A stretch of 64,000 nucleotides of DNA, taken from IMG/VR virus record IMGVR_UViG_3300044609_001498; one strand, written 5' to 3'. How positions within the stretch are numbered: position 1 is the first letter of the stretch; the number at the start of each line of letters is the position of its first letter. This DNA comes from an uncultured virus (IMG/VR IMGVR_UViG_3300044609_001498). Taxonomy: Duplodnaviria > Heunggongvirae > Uroviricota > Caudoviricetes. Shown piece after piece: positions 29,287-39,578 of the stretch. The position numbers and the translations under genes are program-made. A model generated the notes under the pieces. The model saw nothing but the letters and a program-made list of their open reading frames with translations. It did no database searches and was not told the DNA's origin.

Positions 29287-30178
29287 CTGATGTTATTTCA
29301 TGAATACACTCTTCTATTTTGAATTCGTATTCTTCCATAGGCGAATTTCTACTATCGATTATATAATCCCCAAGCATAAAATTTATGTTATTTACACCAT
29401 CTGTAGATCCAGCAGTATATGGATTAACCATATTAATTTTAAATTCTTTGTAAAATTCTGCGGGTTCGTATTCACCGCCTATATTTATAGAGTTAGCTCC
29501 TGCTATTACAGCTTCTACTGCAATAGAAGAATTTGAATTAGTGATAGCATTATTACATTTGAAAAGAAGATCGAAAGAACTTGATTCAGTGTCTAATAAA
29601 TTCATTTTTATTCCAGCCCTTTTAAGTTTTTCTATAAGAACATACGAACCTGAATATGCAGGAAATTTAATCGGAATGTTATTATCAAAAATGTACTTGT
29701 AATCTTTATAAAAACTGCTGTAGTCTCTATCTTTATAAATGTAGATCAAAGATGGAAAAAATATAGTTTCATATTTAACCTCGACTTCAGACTTATAATA
29801 TTTTGGATATCCTATTGGAATTTTTTTGTTTGGTAGATCCTTAAAAAAATAATCCCATTTCATGGTAGGTAGTAATAAGTTCCAATCTTGCATTTCAATT
29901 TCGGACCTCGTATGTATACCTAAATCATGTAGACTATAGTATTTTTTAATAGGATTTAGTATTGAAATAATTCTATCAATCGTAAATCCGGTAGAAAAAT
30001 GATCAGTTGTTATCAGAACTACCCGTTCGCCTATAAGTGAATTTATCTTATCGCTTATATCTTCATCATCGTCTATAAGTTTAAAGCATTTGAATTCCCT
30101 GTTCATTTTTTGATACAAATTATCAAACACATCAGTGGATGAACTTCCATCTTTGAAGAGATAAATTTTTTCTTTCAT
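29276..30178 (-). CDS. hypothetical glycan-island protein (GT-B-like C-terminus)
   Basis: AITNSNSSIAVEAVIAG resembles capsule/teichoic-acid GT-B motifs. Confidence 0.5.
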   Translation of the reverse strand: MKEKIYLFKDGSSSTDVFDNLYQKMNREFKCFKLIDDDEDISDKINSLIGERVVLITTDHFSTGFTIDRIISILNPIKKYYSLHDLGIHTRSEIEMQDWNLLLPTMKWDYFFKDLPNKKIPIGYPKYYKSEVEVKYETIFFPSLIYIYKDRDYSSFYKDYKYIFDNNIPIKFPAYSGSYVLIEKLKRAGIKMNLLDTESSSFDLLFKCNNAITNSNSSIAVEAVIAGANSINIGGEYEPAEFYKEFKINMVNPYTAGSTDGVNNINFMLGDYIIDSRNSPMEEYEFKIEECIHEITSDEL

Positions 30179-30615
30179 TTTAAATATTGGAATTGAAATC
30201 TTTGTAGGTTGGAAGTAAAAAATGGATCTTTCTTCTCAAATTCTTGCATATATTTATCGCTAAGAATAGTTTGAAAAACTGTTATTCCTTCATTTCTCAA
30301 ATAATCTACATAATACGGATTATCATCGAAATATACTTCTATTTTTTTATCTTTTACTGCATTTAATTTATGTTCTCTCATTCTGAGAAAATGATTGTGA
30401 TCCATATTTTCTTTTGAATATTCAAATCCATAGATTATTTCATCATAAAGATCACATAATCCCATTATTTCTAATTCTTTTTCAATTTCTAATCTATTTT
30501 TTTCTGGAGTTCCAGTTACTATATAGATCTTTCCTGATTTCCAAGAAGAAAAAAGATTCCTAAAAAAATCTGGATTGTACGAAATTGTGTCATGAAAGTC
30601 TGCTCCTATATTCAT
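30175..30615 (-). CDS. HAD-superfamily phosphatase
   Basis: IGADFHDTI, YIVTG, YFDDNP. Confidence 0.75.
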   Translation of the reverse strand: MNIGADFHDTISYNPDFFRNLFSSWKSGKIYIVTGTPEKNRLEIEKELEIMGLCDLYDEIIYGFEYSKENMDHNHFLRMREHKLNAVKDKKIEVYFDDNPYYVDYLRNEGITVFQTILSDKYMQEFEKKDPFFTSNLQRFQFQYLK

Positions 30616-31013
30616 AAAATCTTTTCCTTTATTATAGTAGAAGATATCCCAGGGTATCTAGGTATTTTAACCATTTCAATCTTATTTTCTTTACAGAGTG
30701 CGATAGCCCTTTGATGTTCTTCTAGATATCCGAATTCTTCTCCGACTGCAAAGATTGATATCTCTTGATCTTTAATATACTGAAAATAATCTAAGTTTCT
30801 ATATACTAGTGCATAATCAACAAATTTAATATTTTCTATTACTTCTAATCTCCAATCTTCCTTTATAATTGGCTTACATTTAGTATTTATGCATATATCA
30901 TCAGAACATACACCTACTACGAGATAATCTCCTAACTTTTTAGCCTCTCTTAGAACATTCAAATGCCCGATATGAAAAAGATCCCAAACTCCCGGAATAT
31001 AAACTCTTTTCAT
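30612..31013 (-). CDS. TagD-like nucleotidyltransferase
   Basis: GVWDLFHIGH (HIGH), LVVGV.SD, ISSTIIK. Confidence 0.9.
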   Translation of the reverse strand: MKRVYIPGVWDLFHIGHLNVLREAKKLGDYLVVGVCSDDICINTKCKPIIKEDWRLEVIENIKFVDYALVYRNLDYFQYIKDQEISIFAVGEEFGYLEEHQRAIALCKENKIEMVKIPRYPGISSTIIKEKIL

Positions 31014-31630
31014 CTTTTACAAATAAAAAAATATTGCTTGGTACCATACTTACTTTCTATCTTGTCCGGAAAAGATCTTCTATATTCAACATAGGGGTAA
31101 TATTTTTTAAGAACTTCTAAATATTCTTCAACAGTTCGATACACCGAGGCAATGTGATCGGAAAGATCTTCTGAATATTTATTTATGGTTAGTCTTTCTG
31201 AATGCTCGCATGTTATTCTGGTTAAAAAAATATCAGACTTAATATTTCCTATTATCGAATCTAAAACAGCATCATCAAAAATACAGGGAAAGATATTCAT
31301 AGATATAGTAACATCAGTGACTGGAAGACTTCGATCAATATTAAAATCTACCGTTTTTTTGATTATTTTAGAATCTCTTTCTCCCCAATTTCCACTCATT
31401 AAACCTTCTGCTATATCATAACAATAAAAATCTTTTATGTATGTAGTTTCTCTAAGGAGAATTACTGTTGATCCGTCACCGCACCCAATATCCAACAAAG
31501 TGTTGGTATCTTTTGGTATATTTTCCAGTAGAAAGTCTAATTCGTACTTTCTTCTTTCTTTGATAAACGGATAATTTGGATATTCTTTCTTACTTATCCA
31601 AAAGTTATTTGATATTTTAGACTCTTCCAT
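31010..31630 (-). CDS. class I SAM-dependent methyltransferase
   Basis: LLDIGCGDG motif I. Confidence 0.8.
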   Translation of the reverse strand: MEESKISNNFWISKKEYPNYPFIKERRKYELDFLLENIPKDTNTLLDIGCGDGSTVILLRETTYIKDFYCYDIAEGLMSGNWGERDSKIIKKTVDFNIDRSLPVTDVTISMNIFPCIFDDAVLDSIIGNIKSDIFLTRITCEHSERLTINKYSEDLSDHIASVYRTVEEYLEVLKKYYPYVEYRRSFPDKIESKYGTKQYFFICKR

Positions 31631-31647
31631 AAAAATTCTTTAATTGA

Positions 31648-31746
31648 TTAGTAGTCCAAATCTAAACTATCATTTGACAAATAACTTTTTATTAATGGAC
31701 CAGAGTGTATGTGATAATCTAGTGGTATGTACAAGAGCTTCTTCAC
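31648..31746 (-). pseudogene. possible truncated gene start (32 aa)
   Basis: GTG-start MKKLLYIPLDYHIHSGPLIKSYLSNDSLDLDY* fills the gap and resembles the first strand of a glycosyltransferase. Confidence 0.35.
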
Positions 31747-31753
31747 CGAAAAA

Positions 31754-32383
31754 TCATTCTCTTTCCGGTTTTTCTCCTCTATTTTCTCCAGCTCGTTGAA
31801 AATGATATGCAAAAGAATTAACAACGGCGAATGTTGATCCAGCAGCTATACATCGATCTCTAAATTCTGAATCATTGGGGTGAGGAAATGGCTTGGTAAA
31901 ATCAAATCCTCCCATTTTAATATACCACGATTTTTTCCAAACAGAAGGAGAGTACCAGCAAAAACCGTTTCGAATTGATGAGCGATTACTTGAATATTCT
32001 TCTACCCATTTTTCAAAGCTGCTCCTATCAAACGAGCTGGCAGTTCTTCCAAAATCTTTACATATGTTAGTGTCAGCTACTCCAATTGCTCCACATTCAA
32101 CTAATTCTAGTCCTAACCAATCAGCATCGTCTTTATGCTTAATGATATTATCCATAAATTTTGGGGCATATATTATATCTGAATTATCCCATAAAATAAG
32201 ATCATATTTAGCACGCCGCATCATCCAATCCCAGGATTCATAAACTAAATCGGGCCTGCCAGTATTTGATAACATTAATATTTCATACGGATAGGTGGAA
32301 TTTTCTTCCAACATTTTTAATTTTAATTGAAGAACTGCATCATTTTCGGAGTTCATGGCGTGTGGAAAAACTATACTAATCAT
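31754..32383 (-). CDS. GT2-like glycosyltransferase
   Basis: MISIVFP start (32383), AKYDLILWDNSD, GGFD..D.EF..R, YHFQR. Confidence 0.75.
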   Translation of the reverse strand: MISIVFPHAMNSENDAVLQLKLKMLEENSTYPYEILMLSNTGRPDLVYESWDWMMRRAKYDLILWDNSDIIYAPKFMDNIIKHKDDADWLGLELVECGAIGVADTNICKDFGRTASSFDRSSFEKWVEEYSSNRSSIRNGFCWYSPSVWKKSWYIKMGGFDFTKPFPHPNDSEFRDRCIAAGSTFAVVNSFAYHFQRAGENRGEKPERE

Positions 32384-33414
32384 ATCATTTCTTTTATTAT
32401 TTTTATTAAATCGTATTTTTGGATCCAATTTGGATAATGATTTCTAAATTTTGTCATATCACTAATGTACCAAATGTGGTCTCCTTCTCTTGGCGTTTCG
32501 AGCAATTCATAGTCTACTCTTTTACCTGAAATTTCGTAAATTAATTCAATAGCTTCTAGTATTGAGCAATTTGAAAGATTTCCTCCACCTATATTATAAA
32601 CCTCCCCAGGTTTAGGATTTTTGTAAAACTCATAAAAGGCAGAAACAACATCGCTAGAATGAATATTGTCTCTTACTTGCTTACCTTTATATCCGTTAAT
32701 ATAATATTTCTCCCCTGTCATTGCGCATTTTACTAAATAAGAGAGAAATCCGTGTGCCTTAACCCCCGAATGATTTTGGCCAGTTAAACACCCTCCTCTA
32801 AAAGTACCGGTTTTTAATCCAAAATATTTTCCGTATTCTTGAGTTATTAGATCGCCATAAGCTTTTGATACCCCGAATAGAGAATGTTTACATTGATCTA
32901 TTGATAGATTTTCGTCTATACCACTAGTAAGAAATTCAAGATTAGTTGGATTAAATCTAGAATCAGACTCTGTATATTCCGTTATGTTATTTGGTAAATC
33001 TCCATAAACTTTATTAGTAGAAGTAAAAATAAAAACTGCATCAGGAAAGTAATTTCTAGTTATCTCCAACATATTTAACGTTCCTAATGCATTTGTATTA
33101 AAATCTTCAAATGGATTTGTTGCTGCCCAGTCATGAGAAGGTTGAGCAGCCGTATGAATAATCATCTTTAGATCTTTAATACCTAATAAATTATTTTCTA
33201 AGTCTTGATACGATGAAATATTAATTGAAAGATGCTGATAATTTTCAAGGTCTTTTAATTGAGAAAGCATTCCGTTTGTACTTGCTTCTTTTCCAAAAAA
33301 TTTAGATCTTGAATCATCGTCTATTCCTATTATCTTAAATCCGTGGCTGTGAAAGAATTTAACAGCTTCACTTCCGATTAATCCACAGGATCCGGTTATA
33401 ATTACAGTTTCCAT
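32380..33414 (-). CDS. NAD-dependent epimerase, CDP-paratose 2-epimerase-like
   Basis: ITGSCGLIG, HTAAQPSHD, STNKVYG, FGVSK, GKQVRDNIH. Confidence 0.85.
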   Translation of the reverse strand: METVIITGSCGLIGSEAVKFFHSHGFKIIGIDDDSRSKFFGKEASTNGMLSQLKDLENYQHLSINISSYQDLENNLLGIKDLKMIIHTAAQPSHDWAATNPFEDFNTNALGTLNMLEITRNYFPDAVFIFTSTNKVYGDLPNNITEYTESDSRFNPTNLEFLTSGIDENLSIDQCKHSLFGVSKAYGDLITQEYGKYFGLKTGTFRGGCLTGQNHSGVKAHGFLSYLVKCAMTGEKYYINGYKGKQVRDNIHSSDVVSAFYEFYKNPKPGEVYNIGGGNLSNCSILEAIELIYEISGKRVDYELLETPREGDHIWYISDMTKFRNHYPNWIQKYDLIKIIKEMI

Positions 33415-33423
33415 TTAAAAATT

Positions 33424-34077
33424 TTACTTTTTTTGTATAGCTATGATATTTCTATGAAAATGTATAACAAAAGGATATTCACTAGTAGTGTCGGACTCAG
33501 TCCACGATCCTATTAAATAATTGAATAATTCATTGAACAATAGTAATCTATGATCTGGGTGTAAAGCAGACCAATCTTCTATCACATAAACACCATTATT
33601 TTTTATAAAAGGCCATAAATGCTTGAAATTAGGAATTATAGTGTCGATTGTATGAGCGCCATCATCTATTAACATATCAATAGAATTTTCTAGAGAATCT
33701 TCTATTATTTTCTCTAACTCAATAACCTTACCACTATCACAATTATAAACAGATATTCCTCTCTCTTTCATATAATCTTTTGCGCATTCCGATAGTTGTT
33801 CAATATTAATATCAATTCCAACAATCTTAGTATTAAACTCGAATGAGTTTAAGATTAAATCCCAAAGCACCATGCTACCGCCGTTTTTAGTTCCAATCTC
33901 AAATAAAGAAGTAGGTACCCCATATAGGTCTAGTAGCCACTCATACGCACCAAGGGTAGCTTTGTTTTTATGATGAATTATTTCGGATTCTATTCCTAAT
34001 TCAAAGGGGCTAATTCCATACTTTCCTAGATTAAAATACTCAAAACTTAAGTATTTTTTATTAAATGATCTACACAT
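33424..34077 (-). CDS. SAM-dependent methyltransferase (CmcI/Methyltransf_24-like)
   Basis: FEIGTKNGGS, GIDI, LIDDGAH, GVYVIED. Confidence 0.8.
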   Translation of the reverse strand: MCRSFNKKYLSFEYFNLGKYGISPFELGIESEIIHHKNKATLGAYEWLLDLYGVPTSLFEIGTKNGGSMVLWDLILNSFEFNTKIVGIDINIEQLSECAKDYMKERGISVYNCDSGKVIELEKIIEDSLENSIDMLIDDGAHTIDTIIPNFKHLWPFIKNNGVYVIEDWSALHPDHRLLLFNELFNYLIGSWTESDTTSEYPFVIHFHRNIIAIQKK

Positions 34078-34089
34078 ATTGCTTATTGT

Positions 34090-34623
34090 TTATATATTTT
34101 GTATTTTTATTATACCTATCCCGCTAGCTATTTCGGTATTAGAATCTATAAATTCAAAAAATTCATATTGATCCTTGATTTCATTCCAAAACTTGGAAAC
34201 GCCTTCACAATCTCGCTGTCCTAATATATCATGAAATGCCATATATTTACAAAAACTCTTGTAATTCAAATAATCAGATTTAACTCCTGAATAAGAATGA
34301 TCTCCGTCTATAAAATAAAGATCACAGGACTTTGCAATTTTAATAATTTCAGGATCTGTTGAATTTCCATGTACTATCGGTAGGTCAGCGTGAGAGTCTC
34401 GAGGTTCTAGCGTAATTCCAACTGCATCGAGGTTAAGTTCATCTCTCATAAATCTTAATAATTGGCCAGCAGCACAGCCTATTTCTGTATATGTTTGAAT
34501 ATTTTTTTCTAATATAAATTCACAAAGCTTTTCAAGTTCATATGCATTTTGTTCAAGTCCACCGCTCGTGTTTGTTCCCCCTAATGCCCAATGCAGCGAA
34601 TATTTTTTTATTTTATCTTTCAT
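34090..34623 (-). CDS. SAM-dependent methyltransferase (Methyltransf_24-like)
   Basis: TEIGCAAG, FIDGDHSY.GV..D, FHDI. Confidence 0.8.
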   Translation of the reverse strand: MKDKIKKYSLHWALGGTNTSGGLEQNAYELEKLCEFILEKNIQTYTEIGCAAGQLLRFMRDELNLDAVGITLEPRDSHADLPIVHGNSTDPEIIKIAKSCDLYFIDGDHSYSGVKSDYLNYKSFCKYMAFHDILGQRDCEGVSKFWNEIKDQYEFFEFIDSNTEIASGIGIIKIQNI

Positions 34624-34626
34624 GAT

Positions 34627-35361
34627 TTAACTTATTATTTCTTTATTAAAATTTGGATGATTTTTTAAACATTCGGGCATTGTATTTTTGTCAAAGTGTA
34701 TAGCTTCTCCCCAAACTGTACATGTTGGATGAATATCTTTATCTCCAGGTTGCCAAGCATAATAAGTATTATCTAACCAGCCTGGTTTTATTTCGTTTTT
34801 ATGCCCGTGAATTTCAAATTTGTAATCCATTATTTTTTTAGATTGAGCATATCCGAAATGATAAATTTTTCCTCCAATAGTTTCTTCATCCCTGTTTTCA
34901 GCATTCACTTTAAAAAGTCTAGCCGGTAAAAATCCGTCATAACATGCCCAATTAAAAGATTTCCAAAAATTTATGAAGCCTGATACATTTCTTCTCCAAG
35001 ATTTTCCGTTATATGTTTCTTCAATCGCCTTTGTCAATTCAGAAGGCTCCCATATTTCATCAGCATCAACTGCAAGTAATACATCATACCCACTAGTATA
35101 TTCCCAAATTTGATCTCTGTGTGATCCTTCCTCGTGAGCCCTGACAATAACCCATTCGAGTTTATCTCCTGCAGCTTTCATTGCAACTTGTTTAATTTCT
35201 TCTTCGCTTTCGGGGCACGATACGCTAGTATGATGACCGTAACTTGGTTCAGAAGTGTACAGAATTACAATTTTATCAACATTATCAAATATAGATTGAA
35301 TTGAAGCTTCTAAATACTCAGCTCCATAATGAATAGGGTAGTATGCTAGTGTTTTTATCAT
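34627..35361 (-). CDS. GT2-like glycosyltransferase
   Basis: VDADE, YHFGY. Confidence 0.8.
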   Translation of the reverse strand: MIKTLAYYPIHYGAEYLEASIQSIFDNVDKIVILYTSEPSYGHHTSVSCPESEEEIKQVAMKAAGDKLEWVIVRAHEEGSHRDQIWEYTSGYDVLLAVDADEIWEPSELTKAIEETYNGKSWRRNVSGFINFWKSFNWACYDGFLPARLFKVNAENRDEETIGGKIYHFGYAQSKKIMDYKFEIHGHKNEIKPGWLDNTYYAWQPGDKDIHPTCTVWGEAIHFDKNTMPECLKNHPNFNKEIIS

Positions 35362-36014
35362 AATAATTGTTTTTTTATTTTTTCAAGTGCTAAATCCATT
35401 TTATTTTTGGCATGAAAGCCAAACACGTTATGGAGACCGTGTTCTCTGGTCATTTCATTTTCAACTGAGAAGCGAGTTGCAACTTCGACTGGGGCTATTT
35501 TCAAACCTTGATTTTCAAGTTCTTCTTTTTTTCCGCTAACAATAAAAGTGTCTTCGTTTTGTCCGGCCCAATCAGTAATTGTCGATGTCCACTCTAATAG
35601 TCTTTTGCTCCTAAGAGAGAATCCTCCGTTTCCTACTTGATGACCTTCTCTGGGCCATCCCATATATAGTGGCCAAGGAGAACCTATCCAATCATAGTTA
35701 AAAAATTCATCTTCCCATAATTCAGGATTAACAATAAATCCATCGTCTTGAAATACGAGACAAAAATCTGAATTTACAACTTCATTCAGTCTAAATATAC
35801 AGAATTTTGAGTAACCATTAACATCCATCGGAGCTATTTGATTAAACTGCACATCAGGAATTTGAGGATCAAAAGTACCAAAGAATTTTACTTCGTGAAA
35901 GTCTACAACTGAAGTCATATATGACATAATCAGCTTGTATCTTTCCAATATATCTGAAGTCATTTCTCTGCCGTCAATACATACAGCTGTTACTCTTTTG
36001 AGATTTAATTTCAT
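35358..36014 (-). CDS. DUF5672-type glycosyltransferase-like protein
   Basis: FQDDGF, YDWIGSPW, VGNGGFSLRSK, NED, FSVE, FGFH. Confidence 0.85.
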   Translation of the reverse strand: MKLNLKRVTAVCIDGREMTSDILERYKLIMSYMTSVVDFHEVKFFGTFDPQIPDVQFNQIAPMDVNGYSKFCIFRLNEVVNSDFCLVFQDDGFIVNPELWEDEFFNYDWIGSPWPLYMGWPREGHQVGNGGFSLRSKRLLEWTSTITDWAGQNEDTFIVSGKKEELENQGLKIAPVEVATRFSVENEMTREHGLHNVFGFHAKNKMDLALEKIKKQLL

Positions 36015-36850
36015 CTTCTAATTATTTGTTTAAAGAGAACATCATCAGCTGATTCTAATTTTTTAACTCTTTCTAAATTTTCTTTTAAAGCTTCTATTTT
36101 TGAATTATATAAATCTTCTGTGAGAGTATCGATCCCTTTAAAATCTTCCCAAAAAATTATTCCTTCTGGGTTAAAATCTTCAGTGACTGACCTTGTTCCC
36201 CAGTAGATTGGAATTGTTCCAGTTGCAAAACAATCTGTAATTTTTTCAGTGTAGTACTTTTCATATACTGCATTCTCAAAAACTACAGAAAAACGATAGT
36301 CTTGTAAAGCAGGTAATTTAGATCTCCACCAGTCTCCTGTCGGACCGACCCCTTCTCCGATTCTGGGTGATCCGTGAGCTCCACCAAAAAGATCCAGGTG
36401 GGGTTGTAGTTGAGCTGCAATTTCTAATCTAAATCTGTGGCCTGGTGTTCTATCCTTCGGAGAAGAGATCATCGAACATCTTTTAGACTTTTCAAAAATT
36501 TGCATTTCGTTTGGTTTCGTCCAAGACAAATTGGAACCCGGAGGCGCATAAATAAAAAAAGGATCAGACAGCAATTCTCTGTCACATGTAAATATTCCAG
36601 AAAAGAATCTTTTGTACAAACTGGTGTTTGATTTTACCTTTCCGTATATTTCATCACAAATGTCTCTAGATTCGCAAAGCCATCCATATTTTCCAGCATG
36701 TTTAGGAGTATGAAGACCCTTTTCAATATCTCCATCTATGTAAATGTGATATGCCGAATCTCCGTGAGTCCATCTGAATCCCTTTGGGGATAAGTTTGAA
36801 CATGAAGAATATTCTGCAGGAAACGGAAGACCTATACCTTTAATTTCCAT
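36011..36850 (-). CDS. GT10 alpha-1,3-fucosyltransferase-like
   Basis: YRFSVVFEN..YYTEKITDCF..GTIPIYWG signature. Confidence 0.9.
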   Translation of the reverse strand: MEIKGIGLPFPAEYSSCSNLSPKGFRWTHGDSAYHIYIDGDIEKGLHTPKHAGKYGWLCESRDICDEIYGKVKSNTSLYKRFFSGIFTCDRELLSDPFFIYAPPGSNLSWTKPNEMQIFEKSKRCSMISSPKDRTPGHRFRLEIAAQLQPHLDLFGGAHGSPRIGEGVGPTGDWWRSKLPALQDYRFSVVFENAVYEKYYTEKITDCFATGTIPIYWGTRSVTEDFNPEGIIFWEDFKGIDTLTEDLYNSKIEALKENLERVKKLESADDVLFKQIIRR

Positions 36851-37931
36851 AATGCTTGTCCCAATCTTTTTCTAAAGTATTTTTAACTTCTATTTTTATT
36901 TCATTATGACCTGCATTAGCGAGACCATAATATACTTCTCCACCGGATTCTGCCTTTATTTTTCCTACAAAAGGTCCTAAAATATCTTTACTAGACTCTG
37001 GTAGATAGATTTTTATTCTGGAATGATTTGAAAAATTCATCAATGAATTATAAGCAATTTCTACACCGTCCATTCCTTCTATCTTTACATCTAATATGAA
37101 AGTTTTTACATCACTCGATATGTTCCATCTCTGTTCATTTGTCATTGCTTGAACTTCTATGTGAACTTGTTTTTTCTCAAAGATTGCACTATTTCCATTA
37201 TAGATGTAGCGGCCATTTACAAAATCATACCAGTTTTGAGAAAGAAGAAATGTACTATATTGCCCTTTCAACTTTTCAAGAACATAGTGTTTTAGGGCAT
37301 CGTGATCAAGTTCGGTAATTCCCTTTCTCAGTGCAGAGTTTGTATGAACTACCCACTCTCTAACAATTCTGAATGCGCCTTCTGTATAGTTTAAGAGAAC
37401 CGGAGATGCCTTAATTCCATTCATATCTCCACTGTGAGTAGCTAATCCAATATCTTGAGAAAGATAATTAAATTCTGCAAAAGGTTCTCTAAAGTCTGTG
37501 TCACAGTCCATCCATAGAATATCCCTCTTGTATTCTATCATTTTTTCAAGAATAAATTCAGGCTTCATTAAACAGTTTGCACTGTAACCTCCCTTTGAAA
37601 TTTTTTCTACGATATCAAAATCAATTCCAAACTGATTACATCTATCGATAAGAGTGATAGCAAAATTCTTGTAATAGTCACCTGGCTGAAAATCTGCATA
37701 ATAACTTATCAGCTTGGGCTTAAGTAAATTTTTTTGCACGGTTATATTTTTTCTGGTGTGTTGTTGTTTCTTATATTGTCTGCCTTCATGCATTCCATGA
37801 TTAATCCAGTGCCTCATTGCTCCTTCTATTCCATGAAAACCCCCCGCTGCAACATCTGGATTCAGCTCTAGATAGTCTCTATAGTCAAAATCCTGGGGGA
37901 TTTGGCCTTTAACTTGTCTACTATACCTCAT
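36840..37931 (-). CDS. glycosyltransferase with N-terminal Y..LNPDV..H...G..EGR module
   Basis: KPEFIL..ILWMDCD (DxD); N-terminal module shared with 37954..38775. Confidence 0.7.
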   Translation of the reverse strand: MRYSRQVKGQIPQDFDYRDYLELNPDVAAGGFHGIEGAMRHWINHGMHEGRQYKKQQHTRKNITVQKNLLKPKLISYYADFQPGDYYKNFAITLIDRCNQFGIDFDIVEKISKGGYSANCLMKPEFILEKMIEYKRDILWMDCDTDFREPFAEFNYLSQDIGLATHSGDMNGIKASPVLLNYTEGAFRIVREWVVHTNSALRKGITELDHDALKHYVLEKLKGQYSTFLLSQNWYDFVNGRYIYNGNSAIFEKKQVHIEVQAMTNEQRWNISSDVKTFILDVKIEGMDGVEIAYNSLMNFSNHSRIKIYLPESSKDILGPFVGKIKAESGGEVYYGLANAGHNEIKIEVKNTLEKDWDKHYGN

Positions 37932-37953
37932 TTTATTATTTATTATTTATTTA

Positions 37954-38775
37954 TCAAAAATCTAAACCGATTGATGTCTGATGACAGACAAAATATTCAG
38001 GAGTTTGAATTTTTCGATGTCGTAATTGGATAAGAGACATAATTGTTTCATAGTCATGTCCATAACCGTCGGCCCAATTTACAGATACTGATCTTTTGTG
38101 TGTAAAATTACTTGTTCCGATTCTCGAGTATTCTAGTGTAGAATTTCTAAGAGTCTTTTGTTTTCCGTCATATAAATAGTCATCAAAAAAACACCAATCA
38201 GAATCATAATCAAATCCCTTAGAAAGAGAATCTAAATGTTTAGCTCCAAACATGTCATCAGTATCTAAATAGCAGACAAGATTGCCGGTGGCTACTCTTA
38301 ATCCTGCATTTCTAACTTCTCCACTGAATAGGGGTTGCTTTTCTAAAGAAATAAGAATAATTTGATTTCCCAGATACCGTAAAAATCTTCTCTTAAGTAT
38401 GTCAGAAGTTCTATGACACCCATCTGAGATAATTATCAATTCAGAATTTCTATAGGTTTGATAAAGAAAAGAATTTACTGCTCTTTCAAATTTTGTTTCT
38501 CTGTTCTTGGCTGATGTAGTTAATTCTGTAGAATATTCTCCTAAATAAGAAGGCATAATTACACTAATCTTCCCTCTTCTCTGTGGCTGAACAAATTTAT
38601 ATTTTCTACCTTCGTACTGTCCGTATGCAAGCCAGTGTTGTATGGCTCCCTCCTTTCCTACATAGCCGCCTGTAGAAACGTCTGGATTCAGCAGATGATA
38701 CGACTCATAATTAAAATCTCTAGGGAGAGAAAATGTAGGTTTTTTTTCTATTTTTGAAATTCTTTGAGATTTCAT
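37954..38775 (-). CDS. GT2 glycosyltransferase with N-terminal Y..LNPDV module
   Basis: ISVIMPSY, ELIIISDG, RNAGL, YLDTDD. Confidence 0.85.
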   Translation of the reverse strand: MKSQRISKIEKKPTFSLPRDFNYESYHLLNPDVSTGGYVGKEGAIQHWLAYGQYEGRKYKFVQPQRRGKISVIMPSYLGEYSTELTTSAKNRETKFERAVNSFLYQTYRNSELIIISDGCHRTSDILKRRFLRYLGNQIILISLEKQPLFSGEVRNAGLRVATGNLVCYLDTDDMFGAKHLDSLSKGFDYDSDWCFFDDYLYDGKQKTLRNSTLEYSRIGTSNFTHKRSVSVNWADGYGHDYETIMSLIQLRHRKIQTPEYFVCHQTSIGLDF

Positions 38776-39578
38776 ATTACTTGAGTAGATTGAGCCAGAG
38801 TTCCATCAAAAGTACTTTCATGATCAGCCATTGACTGTAAATAGTGAGCTCCCCATCCTCTTCTCTTATTTGCTTCGCTCAGTCTTCCTCTATATTGAAT
38901 GTTTCTATTTAAGAAGTTATCCCTTCCCAGAAATTTGTAATGTAGTAGTTTAGCTTCTTTGTCTTCTAGAATCTTTATATTTCCTTGTGGCTTTGCGTAG
39001 TGACATCCTGCGGTATAATTCATTTCTTTAATCACACCCGGGTTGAAAACACACATCTTTGATTCTGGATCAAAAGGCAGACCTGTTTTAACAGTTTCTA
39101 CTAAAGGGTTTCCGTACTGGGGGAATTCAAAAGAAGCCATATTATAACCCTGCGGCTTAATAATGGTAAAGCCTCTGCTCTTTGTAGTGTTCAAAAAGTT
39201 TTGGATATTTTGATGATAAAAAAATTCGTCCATATCACAAACAATTACCCAGTCTGCAGTGCCTCTGACTTCTTTCCATGCATTATTTTTGATCTTTAAG
39301 TAAAGATCATCTCTGATCTGATTATTACTTGAATATTCTCTGCGCTGAACTTTAGGATATTTGCTCATAATTTGAGCAGAAGAATCTGTAGATTCATTAT
39401 CATAAATAATGATCTTATCTGCAAATTCTGAGTAATGTTCAATAAAGAAAGGAAGAAGCTTTTCTTCATTCCAACAAATAGTATAGACAAATATCTTTCC
39501 TCCTAGCTTGCTGTGCGGCAAAACTATCTTTTTGGTTTCTTGTTTCTGAACTAATATTTGTCTTCTATGTATTGTCAT
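38772..39578 (-). CDS. GT2-like glycosyltransferase
   Basis: NEEKLLPFFIEHY, YDNESTD, CDMDEF, LLHYK. Confidence 0.85.
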   Translation of the reverse strand: MTIHRRQILVQKQETKKIVLPHSKLGGKIFVYTICWNEEKLLPFFIEHYSEFADKIIIYDNESTDSSAQIMSKYPKVQRREYSSNNQIRDDLYLKIKNNAWKEVRGTADWVIVCDMDEFFYHQNIQNFLNTTKSRGFTIIKPQGYNMASFEFPQYGNPLVETVKTGLPFDPESKMCVFNPGVIKEMNYTAGCHYAKPQGNIKILEDKEAKLLHYKFLGRDNFLNRNIQYRGRLSEANKRRGWGAHYLQSMADHESTFDGTLAQSTQVI

